A DNA stretch of 33,731 nt from positions 565,534-599,264 of the forward strand of contig JABGUJ010000001.1 of NCBI GenBank assembly GCA_018646625.1. Direction: 5' to 3'. The notes under the pieces are model-generated. The model was not told where the DNA came from. It saw only the letters and a program-made list of their open reading frames with translations, and did no database searches. The DNA comes from Candidatus Woesearchaeota archaeon (GTDB lineage Archaea; Nanobdellota; Nanobdellia; Woesearchaeales; JABGUJ01). Shown one piece after another: positions 18,942-27,769 of the stretch; within the stretch, counting starts at the first letter, position 1; every line of letters begins with the position of its first letter. A program made the translations under genes and the position numbers.

Positions 18942-19409
18942 ATGTCCGAGGAAAAACTAAAACCAATTATTCGAGTTGTTAGCACAGATATCAAGGGAGA
19001 TAAAAAGCTAGCAGATGCTCTTAGAAAAATAAAAGGAATTGGTATGTGCTATGCAAACGCTGTTTGCAGTGCTGCAGGTATCGATAAGAACCGAAAAGCA
19101 GGATCTCTTTCTGATGATGAAGTTAAGAGATTAGAAGCTGCAATCAAAAAGCCTCTTGATCACAATCTTCCTAGCTGGATGGTTAACAGAAGAAAAGACA
19201 TGGAAACTGGTGAGGATATGCACATTCTAACAAGTGACCTTACATTCATTCAATCTAACGATATCAAATTATTACAAAGTGTAAAGTGTAACATTGGTTT
19301 AAGACACGCATGGAGATTACCTGTGCGAGGCCAAAGAACACAATCAAACTTTAGAAAGAACAAAGGTAAAGTTTCAATTGCTAACAAAAGAAAGGTAATG
19401 AAACACTAA
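18942..19409 (+). CDS. rps13: 30S ribosomal protein uS13
   Basis: ALRKIKGIG, PSWMVNRRKDMETGED.H and GLRH...LPVRGQRT.SN.R. Confidence 0.97.
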   Translation: MSEEKLKPIIRVVSTDIKGDKKLADALRKIKGIGMCYANAVCSAAGIDKNRKAGSLSDDEVKRLEAAIKKPLDHNLPSWMVNRRKDMETGEDMHILTSDLTFIQSNDIKLLQSVKCNIGLRHAWRLPVRGQRTQSNFRKNKGKVSIANKRKVMKH

Positions 19410-19416
19410 TTGAAAA

Positions 19417-20103
19417 ATGGGAGATCCAAGAAAATTTAGGAAACAGTATTCAGGACCAAGCCATCCTTGGAATAAGGATAGACTTGAAGAAGAGTCTGGT
19501 CTTGTAAAAGAATTTGGCTTGAAAAACAAAACCGAAGTATACAGATCACGATCTCTACTATCTAGATTCAAAAATACTGCAAAGAAATTAATTGCATCTA
19601 ATACTGGGCAGGCAGATGTTGAAAGAGAACAACTTATGTCTAGATTACAATCACTAGGAATCATTAACGCTGGAGCACAAACTGATGATGTTCTATCTTT
19701 AGAGCTAAAAGATCTAATGGAAAGAAGATTACAAACAAGACTCTTAAGACAAAATCTTGCAAGAAGTGTAAAACAAGCAAGACAAATGATCACACACGGT
19801 CACATTACTGTTAGTGGTAAAACAATCACATCACCTTCATACTTAGTTACTGTTAGTGAAGATGTTGCACTAGGTTTTGCAAACAATTCTAATTTTGTAG
19901 ACCCTGAACATCCAGAAAGACTAACTGACGAGAAAAAAGAAGAAGTTAAAGACGAAAAAAGAGCTAAAGCAACAGAGAAGCGAGAAGAAAAGAAAGCTGC
20001 AGAGAAAAAAGAAGCTCCTAAAGTCAAGAAAGCAGAGAAAAAAGAAGAAGTCAAAGAAGAAACTAAGAAAGAACCAGAAGCAAAAGCTGAGGAGAAAAAA
20101 TAA
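19417..20103 (+). CDS. rps4: 30S ribosomal protein uS4 with K/E-rich C-terminal tail
   Basis: [31 protein letters not shown] and [11 protein letters not shown]. Confidence 0.97.
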   Translation: MGDPRKFRKQYSGPSHPWNKDRLEEESGLVKEFGLKNKTEVYRSRSLLSRFKNTAKKLIASNTGQADVEREQLMSRLQSLGIINAGAQTDDVLSLELKDLMERRLQTRLLRQNLARSVKQARQMITHGHITVSGKTITSPSYLVTVSEDVALGFANNSNFVDPEHPERLTDEKKEEVKDEKRAKATEKREEKKAAEKKEAPKVKKAEKKEEVKEETKKEPEAKAEEKK

Positions 20104-20105
20104 AA

Positions 20106-20867
20106 ATGGCTGAAGAACAAAAAGAAGCTCCAAAAGAGGAAGTTAAGAAAACTACTACTGAGGCAGCTCCTAAAACTGAAACTAAGCCGGCTCCAACAAC
20201 TACTGCTCCGAAAGAAGAAGTTAAGAAAACTACTACTGAGGCAGCTCCTAAAACTGAAACTAAACCTGCTTCAACAACTACTGCTCCTAAACCTGGCGCA
20301 CCTTCAACAAGTGCACCAAGACCAAGCACACCAAGACCTGCATACGCTGGTAGACCTTCAGGTCCAAGACCTGCATACGCTGGTAGATCATCAGGAGGCC
20401 AAGGTGGCTATCGTGGAAAACCTAATAACAGATCATCAGGTTCAAGATATGGTCGAAATGAACACATGAATCAAAGACAAAACATTAAGTGGGGCGTAGC
20501 TCACATCTTTGCATCATATAATAATACTATAATTCACATTACTGACGTTACTGGAACTGAAAGTATTGCAAGAACTTCAGGAGGACAAGTTGTTAAAGCA
20601 CACAGACTAGAAAGTTCTCCTACTGCGGCTATGGCAGCAGCCAAAAAAGCAGCTGAAATTGCAAAAGAAAAAGGTATCAACGGTATTCACGTTAAAATTA
20701 AAGCACCTGGAGGTCATAACGGACCTAACAATCCAGGGCCTGGAGCTCAAGCAGCGGTTAGAGCATTGTCCCGAATGGGCATGAGAATCGGCATCATAGA
20801 AGATGTTACTCCTATCCCTCACGATAGCTGTCGTAAGAAAGGCGGTAAAAGAGGAAGGAGAGTATAA
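20106..20867 (+). CDS. rps11: 30S ribosomal protein uS11 with about 125-aa low-complexity N-terminal extension
   Basis: [31 protein letters not shown] and [21 protein letters not shown]. Confidence 0.96.
   Translation: MAEEQKEAPKEEVKKTTTEAAPKTETKPAPTTTAPKEEVKKTTTEAAPKTETKPASTTTAPKPGAPSTSAPRPSTPRPAYAGRPSGPRPAYAGRSSGGQGGYRGKPNNRSSGSRYGRNEHMNQRQNIKWGVAHIFASYNNTIIHITDVTGTESIARTSGGQVVKAHRLESSPTAAMAAAKKAAEIAKEKGINGIHVKIKAPGGHNGPNNPGPGAQAAVRALSRMGMRIGIIEDVTPIPHDSCRKKGGKRGRRV
20127..20291 (+). repeat. In-frame 78-bp tandem duplication ([22 protein letters not shown][P/S]TTT x2) in rps11
   Basis: Two near-identical 78-nt units read directly from the sequence. Confidence 0.9.
20331..20387 (+). repeat. 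24-bp direct repeat (PRPAYAGR x2, 33-nt period) in rps11
   Basis: CCAAGACCTGCATACGCTGGTAGA at 20331 and 20364. Confidence 0.9.
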
Positions 20868-20878
20868 AGAGGTAGAAA

Positions 20879-21679
20879 ATGGAAGTCTCTGTGCTTGAAG
20901 AAAACAAAAAACAAAACGTTTTATCCTTATCTATTAAGGGTAGCACTCCTGCATTTGTAAATGCACTTAGGAGAACAATTGTTGACGAAGTTCCAACTAT
21001 GGCTATTGACACAGTTGAGTTTCAACAAAACTCATCTATCCTTTACGACGAAATGGTCGCTCACAGACTTGGACTAGTTCCATTAAAGACTGACCTTAAA
21101 TCATATTCAATGCCTGACGAGCAATCAGAAGATGGCGAGTTCAGAGCACAATTTCACGTTAAACTTCACTTAAAGTCAAAAAACGTTGGGGATGTATTAT
21201 CTGGCGAAATGAAATCAGATGATCCCAAGATCGTTCCGGTCTTCGACAATCTTCCAATTGTAAGACTTGCAAAAGGTAAAGATAATCAAGAACTTGAGTT
21301 CACAGCTGTTGCTAAACTAGGAAAAGGAAAGCAACATATGAAGTGGGCGCCAGGTCATGTAACTTTCAAGTACCAACCTAAAGTTGATGTTTCAAAAGTT
21401 TCAGACAACGCAGAAGACGTGGCAAAATCATGCCCAGTTAATGTACTTGTTCACAAATCAGGAAAACTTTCAGTTGACCCAAAAAAAGAAAATGATTGCA
21501 CACTTTGTGGAGCATGTGTTGATGTATCCGAAGGCGTAGCAAAACTAAACGAGTCAAATACTGATTTCATATTTAATGTCGAGTCTTGGGGACAACTCAA
21601 ACCGACAGAAATGGTGTCCCAGGCAATAGATATCTTCGACAAAAAGCTCGATGATTTTGCTGAGACTCTCAAGGCATAG
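20879..21679 (+). CDS. rpo3: DNA-directed RNA polymerase subunit D (Rpo3) with ferredoxin-like domain
   Basis: FVNALRR, N.SILYDE.VAHRLGLVPL and G.GK.H.KW.PG; CP plus CTLCGAC Fe-S ligands. Confidence 0.96.
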   Translation: MEVSVLEENKKQNVLSLSIKGSTPAFVNALRRTIVDEVPTMAIDTVEFQQNSSILYDEMVAHRLGLVPLKTDLKSYSMPDEQSEDGEFRAQFHVKLHLKSKNVGDVLSGEMKSDDPKIVPVFDNLPIVRLAKGKDNQELEFTAVAKLGKGKQHMKWAPGHVTFKYQPKVDVSKVSDNAEDVAKSCPVNVLVHKSGKLSVDPKKENDCTLCGACVDVSEGVAKLNESNTDFIFNVESWGQLKPTEMVSQAIDIFDKKLDDFAETLKA

Positions 21680-21689
21680 AACCCACAAC

Positions 21690-21773
21690 GTGGGGGTGCC
21701 GGAGTGGTCAAACGGGCACGGTTGAGGGCCGTGTGGCTTAGTGCCTGCGCGAGTTCAAACCTCGTCCCCCACA
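21690..21773 (+). tRNA. tRNA-Leu (GAG)
   Basis: Acceptor GTGGGGG/CCCCCAC, anticodon arm CACGG-TTGAGGG-CCGTG, long variable arm GGCTTAGTGCC, discriminator A; usual position between rpoD and rpl18e. Confidence 0.95.
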
Positions 21774-21804
21774 TTACATTCACAAAAATCAAAACAACAG
21801 AAAG

Positions 21805-22170
21805 ATGGTAAAAAGAACCGGAACAACAAATATCCATTTGAAAGGATTAATTGACATGCTTAAGAAGCAGTCTCTTGAACAAGACGTGGCTATTTGGAAA
21901 AGGATTGCAAAAGATCTTGAAAAGCCAACTAGGCAAAGACGAGTTGTTAACCTTTCGAAAATAAATCGTTACGTAAAAGAGAACGAGACTATTGTAGTTC
22001 CAGGAAAAGTTCTTGGTGCTGGTGCTTTAGACAAAAAAGTTGTTGTTGCTGCTTGGGATTTCTCAGGCCAAGCTAAAGACATGATCAAAAGTTCAAACGG
22101 ATCATGCATGACTATTTTCGAATTAATGAAAAAGAATCCTAAAGGCGAAAAAATTAGGATAATGGGATAA
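21805..22170 (+). CDS. rpl18e: 50S ribosomal protein eL18
   Basis: IWKRIA.DL.KP.R.RR.VNLSKINR and VVPGKVLG.G. Confidence 0.96.
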   Translation: MVKRTGTTNIHLKGLIDMLKKQSLEQDVAIWKRIAKDLEKPTRQRRVVNLSKINRYVKENETIVVPGKVLGAGALDKKVVVAAWDFSGQAKDMIKSSNGSCMTIFELMKKNPKGEKIRIMG

Positions 22171-22172
22171 AA

Positions 22173-22592
22173 ATGATTGTAGACGCATCTGATTTAATAG
22201 TGGGAAGATTTGCAACAGTAGTTGCGAAGAAAGCTTTACTAGGAGAAAAAATAGACATTGTCAATTGTGATAAAGCTGTTTTAACTGGAACTAAAGCTAA
22301 TGTTCTTGCTAAATATCAGAGAAAAAGAAGCATGGGTACTCCTGCAAAAGGTCCATTTTTTCCAAAAATGCCTGATAGATTCGTAAGAAGAGTAATTAGA
22401 GGTATGTTGCCATACAAACTAAACAAAGGTTCTGATGCATACAAAAGAATCATGTGCTACATTGGAGTTCCTGAAGAATTTGAGGGTAAAACTTTCGAAA
22501 CAGTTAAAGAGGCAAACATTTCAAAACTTCCTAATCTTAAATATATTAAAGTTGGAGAAATCTGCAAATTACTAGGTGCTAAACATGAGTAA
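22173..22592 (+). CDS. rpl13: 50S ribosomal protein uL13
   Basis: IVDA...IVGR.A..VAK.AL.GE and GPFFPK.PDR.VRR.IRGMLP. Confidence 0.96.
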   Translation: MIVDASDLIVGRFATVVAKKALLGEKIDIVNCDKAVLTGTKANVLAKYQRKRSMGTPAKGPFFPKMPDRFVRRVIRGMLPYKLNKGSDAYKRIMCYIGVPEEFEGKTFETVKEANISKLPNLKYIKVGEICKLLGAKHE

Positions 22593-22989
22593 GAAGAAAG
22601 ACGTAATTACAACATCCGGTACAAGAAAGAGAGCAATAGCTAGAGCCTCCTTAAAGAAAGGTACTGGTATGATTCGAATTAACGATAAAAGCCTAGACTT
22701 CGTAGAGCCTCACTTTTGTCAAATGAAAATCAAAGAACCGTTAATACTTGCAGGAGATGTTGCAAAAACTGTTAACATAACTGTTAAAGTGCACGGCGGT
22801 GGTTCTGTATCACAATCTGATGCTGCTAGAGTGGCAATCTCAAGAGCGCTTGCTGAATTTGAGCCAAAACTTAAAGGATGCTTCCAAGATTACGACAGAA
22901 ATCTATTAGTTGCTGACGTAAGAAGAAAAGAGAAGTGTAAACCTAACGACTCGAAAGCGAGAGCAAAAAGGCAGAAATCATACAGATAG
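22585..22989 (+). CDS. rps9: 30S ribosomal protein uS9
   Basis: G.RKRAIARA, V.GGG..SQ..A.R.AI.RAL, YDR.LLV.D.R and QKSYR. ATG 22585 preferred because the upstream GGTG is the RBS. Confidence 0.96.
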   Translation: MSKKKDVITTSGTRKRAIARASLKKGTGMIRINDKSLDFVEPHFCQMKIKEPLILAGDVAKTVNITVKVHGGGSVSQSDAARVAISRALAEFEPKLKGCFQDYDRNLLVADVRRKEKCKPNDSKARAKRQKSYR

Positions 22990-23000
22990 AGGAATAAAAA

Positions 23001-23198
23001 ATGATTATACCAGTAAGATGCTTCAGCTGCGGAAAACCAGTAGCACACCTTTGGGCAGAATTCAACGAAAGAGTTAACAAAGGCGAAGATCGAGGTAAAG
23101 TTATGGATAGCCTCGGTATGAAACGATATTGCTGTAGAGCTTTGTTCTTAGGTCATGTTGACTTAATCGATACAACTTCAAAGTTCAAGAAATTTTAA
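23001..23198 (+). CDS. rpo10: DNA-directed RNA polymerase subunit N (Rpo10)
   Basis: MIIPVRCFSCGK...RYCCR. Confidence 0.97.
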   Translation: MIIPVRCFSCGKPVAHLWAEFNERVNKGEDRGKVMDSLGMKRYCCRALFLGHVDLIDTTSKFKKF

Positions 23199-23224
23199 TT
23201 TTATTATTTTATCATACTTAGGGG

Positions 23225-24664
23225 GTGTGCCTAATAATCCGAAAGGGACTATCTTACGACGATGTTCTTCTTGTACCTAAAAGAACTAGATTAAGATCTA
23301 GATCACACGTTGATTTAAGAACCAAACTTACAAAAAACATACGTCTAAACGTGCCACTTGTTTCTGCAAATATGGATACTGTCACCGAACACAAGCTAGC
23401 TATTGCCTTAGCACTTCACGGAGGTATTGGTGTGATTCATCAATTCATGTCAAAATTAGATCAGGCAAGTGAAGTAAGAAAAGTTAAGCGAAGTATGAAC
23501 AATATTATTGATACTCCTTATTCCGTTCCTGAGACAAATACGCTAAAAGATGCGTTAGATCTTATGGAGACTAAACAAATCTCCGGGATTCTTGTTGTAA
23601 ATTCTAATTTCAAGCTATCGGGAATATTGACGAGTCGGGACTTATTATTCCAAGAAGATTTAACAAAAACAGTTGCTGAAGTAATGACATCAAGAGAAAA
23701 GTTGATTACCGGTTCAAAAACAACAACTGTGGAAGATGCGAAGAAAATATTTAAACAACAGAAGATAGAAAAATTACCTTTGGTAGATGGCGAAGATAGA
23801 ATTGTGGGTTTAATTACTCTTGCTGATATGAAAAAACAAGAGCTCTACCCTAGTGCTTTAAGAGATGAAGGCGGAAGATTGATGGTCGCAGCTGCAGTCG
23901 GGGTGAAATCAGGATTTCTAGAACGAGCCGAAATGCTTTTAGAAGCGGGTGCGGATGTTATTGTGGTAGATATTGCACATGGTCACAGTGACTTAGCTAT
24001 AAATACTATTACAGAAATAAAAAGTCACTTTCCTAATGCCGAGATACTTGCAGGTAATATTGCAACTGGCGACGCAGCGAGAGAGCTCATTGAAGCGGGC
24101 GCGGATGGTTTAAAGATTGGAGTTGGTCCAGGCGCATCTTGCAAAACTAGGGTTGTTGCTGGAGCGGGAGTGCCACAAATAACTGCAATAATAGATTGCT
24201 TTAAAGTTGCGAGAGAATACAATATACCAATATGTGCGGACGGTGGTCTGAAGGAATCGGGAGATATTGCTAAAGCAGTTGCTGCGGGTGCACATTCGAT
24301 AATGTCTGGAGCTTTTTTTGCGGGCACGGCAGAAACCCCTGGAAGAATTATTCTTCGAGATGGACGGCGTTTTAAACAATATAGAGGATCTGCATCTGTC
24401 GCCGCCAACATATCGCGTAAAATGCGTGAGAAGAACAACACTAAAATTTCTGATTACATTCCCGAAGGTGTCGAAATGTACAAACCATACAAGGGACCGG
24501 TTAGTGAAACAATAAAATATCTTCTAGGTGGTCTAAGATCCGGCATGAGTTATTGTGGTGCGTCGAACGTCGAAGAGTGTCATAAAAATGCCGAGTTTAT
24601 TGAAATGACTTCTATGGGTTACAAAGAAAGTCGCCCACATGGGCTAAGTAATCAATCTTATTAG
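23225..24664 (+). CDS. guaB: IMP dehydrogenase/GMP reductase family protein with CBS pair
   Basis: LSYDDVLLVP, SANMDTVTE, CBS domains, DIAHGHS, GVGPGASCKTR, ADGG, PEGV and GGLRSGMSYCG. Reaction specificity and start codon are uncertain. Confidence 0.85.
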   Translation: MCLIIRKGLSYDDVLLVPKRTRLRSRSHVDLRTKLTKNIRLNVPLVSANMDTVTEHKLAIALALHGGIGVIHQFMSKLDQASEVRKVKRSMNNIIDTPYSVPETNTLKDALDLMETKQISGILVVNSNFKLSGILTSRDLLFQEDLTKTVAEVMTSREKLITGSKTTTVEDAKKIFKQQKIEKLPLVDGEDRIVGLITLADMKKQELYPSALRDEGGRLMVAAAVGVKSGFLERAEMLLEAGADVIVVDIAHGHSDLAINTITEIKSHFPNAEILAGNIATGDAARELIEAGADGLKIGVGPGASCKTRVVAGAGVPQITAIIDCFKVAREYNIPICADGGLKESGDIAKAVAAGAHSIMSGAFFAGTAETPGRIILRDGRRFKQYRGSASVAANISRKMREKNNTKISDYIPEGVEMYKPYKGPVSETIKYLLGGLRSGMSYCGASNVEECHKNAEFIEMTSMGYKESRPHGLSNQSY

Positions 24665-24668
24665 AATT

Positions 24669-25625
24669 TTAATCAGGTATATAGTTTAGAATGTGGAATG
24701 TTGAGAATCCGAAGTAATCAACATCATCTACTGCTTCTTTAAACTCCATCTTTATCTCATCAATCAGTTTCAACAAGTGTTGTAGATCTTTTACTATCAC
24801 TTCCATCTCGAAGTTGGCACCGCCTATAGATTTGTTAATTTGATATATATTCTTGTGTTGTCGACAGAACTCAAATAATCTCTTATTATCTTTTGTTGAA
24901 CTTAACTCTAAATCTACTCTGTATCCTTCATAACCTAATTTTCCTTGATTCAATCCGATTTTATATCCGCAAATAATCTTTCTTTCCTCGAGCTTCTTGA
25001 TTCTCGCTCTAACAGTATCTGCACTCACACCAACCGCTTTTGAGATTTCCATGCTTGATTTTCTTACCGCCGGTGCATACTCTTGTATTATCTCCCAATC
25101 AAGATCATCAACGTCTTCTGCAGAACCGTCACCGTAAATTCTCATCACAACTTCTTCATTCGTCTCTACAAAAAAAGTTCTATTAAAATTATAGACTGGA
25201 GCATACACTGCCACATTATACTGTTTTATATTTCCTTTATACTTTAACATCATTCCATCCCATATGTTATGAAACTCCATTATGTTCTTTACACCCAAGA
25301 ATAATGCGTAGTCCCATTTACCGTGCATCGATGTAATTGTCCAAACCTGTGGATACTCTTTTTTCAGAAACTCTACAAACAATTTTCCATCTTTCTCTGT
25401 CATGTTTCTAAATTTAATATACACCCTAAATGAGAAATAACCTAACTTCGCCATGTCAACAATCGCATGATACCCTGTAATGATTCCTTCTTTTTCCAAC
25501 CGCCTCATTCGATTTAACACAAACGGTTTTGACCTGCTTAATTTCCGCGAAAGCTGTGTTAAACCTATATGAGAGTCCCTATCTACCTCATATAGAATTC
25601 GTTGATCGTATGAATCTAGCTGCAT
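24669..25625 (-). CDS. Lrp/AsnC-family regulator with duplicated HTH-RAM units
   Basis: LDSYDQRIL...RMRRLEKEGIITGY and a second unit DDLDWEII...VRARIKKLEERKIICGY; minus-strand TATA at -30. Confidence 0.88.
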   Translation of the reverse strand: MQLDSYDQRILYEVDRDSHIGLTQLSRKLSRSKPFVLNRMRRLEKEGIITGYHAIVDMAKLGYFSFRVYIKFRNMTEKDGKLFVEFLKKEYPQVWTITSMHGKWDYALFLGVKNIMEFHNIWDGMMLKYKGNIKQYNVAVYAPVYNFNRTFFVETNEEVVMRIYGDGSAEDVDDLDWEIIQEYAPAVRKSSMEISKAVGVSADTVRARIKKLEERKIICGYKIGLNQGKLGYEGYRVDLELSSTKDNKRLFEFCRQHKNIYQINKSIGGANFEMEVIVKDLQHLLKLIDEIKMEFKEAVDDVDYFGFSTFHILNYIPD

Positions 25626-25805
25626 GTTTTTAAATACTGCGTATACCTATTTAAATATTACCTTTAAAGTTAAAAATAACTCACCTTATGTTTTATATCT
25701 AAAAACTGCATTTTACTTCTTGTTGGTGGTTGGCATATTGTGAATTAGATCCAGAGCTAGGCAATTAGCGTTAGCTCTGTAATGACCGTTGAGGTGAAAT
25801 GCAGA

Positions 25806-26957
25806 ATGAAAGAACAAAATTCAATTTTAGCAATCTTGGCTTTGCTAGTTATAGTTATGGTGATCGCAGGTTGTGGTTCAAAAACCATTGCTTCTAGTGC
25901 TGAGGTAGTAAAAGAAACAAAACAACCAATCAAAGTTGGCGTTATTTTGGCTTTGACTGGTGGTGCCGCAATGTATGGTAACCCTATGCTTGATGCAATG
26001 ACTCTTGCAGCTGAAGAAATCAACAGCAAAGGTGGAATTGACGGAAGAGCAATAGAGTTTGTGGTCGAAGACGGACAATGTCAACCCACTCCTGCGGCAA
26101 ACGCAGCACAAAAATTAGTAAACATGGACAAAGTAGAAGTTATTTTAGGAGGATTATGTTCTTCTGAAACATTAGCAGTTGCCCCTATAGTTGAAGCAGC
26201 ACATGTAACATTATTATCTCCTTCATCCACTAGTCCTGCAATAACTAAAGCTGGAGATTTCATCTTTAGAGATATTGCATCAGATCTTGCTCAAGCAACT
26301 GTTGGTGCAAAGATGATGTATGATGCAGGATTAAGAGAAGTTGCTGTCCTAGTTGTCAACGACGATTACGGTATAGGAATCAGAGATGCATTTGTATCAC
26401 ACTTTGAAAAGTTAGGTGGAACAGTAACTACGACTGTAACTCTAGAAAAAGAAGGCAAGGACTACAGAACTGAGTTGATGAAAGTTAAAGATTCTGAGCC
26501 TGATGCATTTTATTTGGCGGCCTTCCCTAAAGAGGCGGGTCTTACTTTAAAACAATCTGCTGAAATTGGAATGGACGTTCCTGTGTTTGGAACTGAAGTA
26601 CTAAATGATGGCTCTCTTGTAGAAGTTGCAGGAAATGCTGCAGACGGTTTAAAGATTACTGTGCCTGCCGCAGGAACTGGAAGTGTATACGCGGACTTCA
26701 AATCATCCTACAATACGAAGTTTGGAAGAGATCCTGAAGCATATACAGCTGAAAGCTATGATGCAGTATTCCTTATTGCTGACGCATTAAAGAAAACTGA
26801 CGGATCTGGTGAGAAGATAAAAGATGAACTTTATCAGACTAGATTTGTTGGTGCATCTGGGGTAATAGTCTTCAATGCAGATGGCGATCCAGTTGACAAA
26901 GAATATGATATTCTTGAACTAACCTCTGGAACATTCGTTAACATTGGAAAAGTTTAA
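25806..26957 (+). CDS. LivJ/LivK-type ABC substrate-binding lipoprotein
   Basis: Lipobox IAGC, IKVGVILALTGGAAMYG, EEINSKGGIDGR.IE.VVED, GGLCSS and SYDAV; start after the GAGGTGA RBS. Confidence 0.9.
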   Translation: MKEQNSILAILALLVIVMVIAGCGSKTIASSAEVVKETKQPIKVGVILALTGGAAMYGNPMLDAMTLAAEEINSKGGIDGRAIEFVVEDGQCQPTPAANAAQKLVNMDKVEVILGGLCSSETLAVAPIVEAAHVTLLSPSSTSPAITKAGDFIFRDIASDLAQATVGAKMMYDAGLREVAVLVVNDDYGIGIRDAFVSHFEKLGGTVTTTVTLEKEGKDYRTELMKVKDSEPDAFYLAAFPKEAGLTLKQSAEIGMDVPVFGTEVLNDGSLVEVAGNAADGLKITVPAAGTGSVYADFKSSYNTKFGRDPEAYTAESYDAVFLIADALKKTDGSGEKIKDELYQTRFVGASGVIVFNADGDPVDKEYDILELTSGTFVNIGKV

Positions 26958-26994
26958 GCTTGCGGGCCAGTCCCCAAGCATTTTTTATTTTTTT
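26958..26994 (+). terminator. Hairpin plus U-tract terminator
   Basis: GCTTG...CAAGC GC-rich stem followed by TTTTTTATTTTTTT right after the stop codon. Confidence 0.6.
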
Positions 26995-26999
26995 AGAAT

Positions 27000-27653
27000 T
27001 CAAGCAGCTCTACGTACAACTAATTCTTCTAACCTACCTTGGATTTGTGCTACTGCATCAGTAACATCTCCATCCCATACTAGGGGTAAATGAGCATACC
27101 GCGCAGAGGGTGCTACATACAAATGATGGCCTGGAATAACTGTTTCTTCAAATTGTCTTTCAATATCTTCCACCATCCTTCCTCTTTCATTCTGATCTCT
27201 GCGTTTACGTCTAGCTAAAGAAGTATCAAGATCTGTATCTAAATAAAGCCTCAAGTCAAATGTATCTCTCAATCCATCATAACAAAATGGGAATAACCCT
27301 TCAACTACGATTATGTCTGTGGGGTGCATGGCTTCAGTGCGATGACTTCTGCTATGGGTATTAAAACAATAAACAGGCCTCATAACAGATTGTCCGCTTC
27401 GTAATGCTTCAAGATGTTCAAGAAGAAGAGGATCCTCTATTGCATCTAGTTCATCATAGTTAACTCTAGTTCTCTCAATAGGGGTTAAGTCACTACGATC
27501 TCTATAGTAACTATCCATAGAAATTCTCAAGAAAGTTAAATCAATCCCTAATTTGGCCGCTATGTCAACAACAATAACACTACCTATTGTCTTCGCACAA
27601 GTGGTCTTTCCAGAACCAGTTCCCCCTGCCAATCCAACAATTATCGGATCCAT
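27000..27653 (-). CDS. udk: Uridine kinase
   Basis: GLAGGTGSGKTT, SMDSYYRD, NYD..DA, IIVVEG, RRDQNERGR and YVAPS..YA. Confidence 0.9.
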   Translation of the reverse strand: MDPIIVGLAGGTGSGKTTCAKTIGSVIVVDIAAKLGIDLTFLRISMDSYYRDRSDLTPIERTRVNYDELDAIEDPLLLEHLEALRSGQSVMRPVYCFNTHSRSHRTEAMHPTDIIVVEGLFPFCYDGLRDTFDLRLYLDTDLDTSLARRKRRDQNERGRMVEDIERQFEETVIPGHHLYVAPSARYAHLPLVWDGDVTDAVAQIQGRLEELVVRRAA

Positions 27654-27769
27654 GATTCGCTAAAATAATTCACTTTTTTTATTGTTTTCGCATCTCTTTA
27701 AAACCAATAATTCTAATGGCACGAATCTTCTCAATAACCTTTAAATATTAATTATTCAAAGTTTCTTCT

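Noticed and set aside
19374..20329. Several antisense ORFs of 70-139 aa over rps4 and rps11
   Set aside because: Shadows of low-complexity K/E/T/P-coding sequence on the opposite strand.
20127..20387. Repeats as a CRISPR array or mobile element
   Set aside because: Only two copies each, in frame within a coding region, with no unique spacers and no cas or transposase genes.
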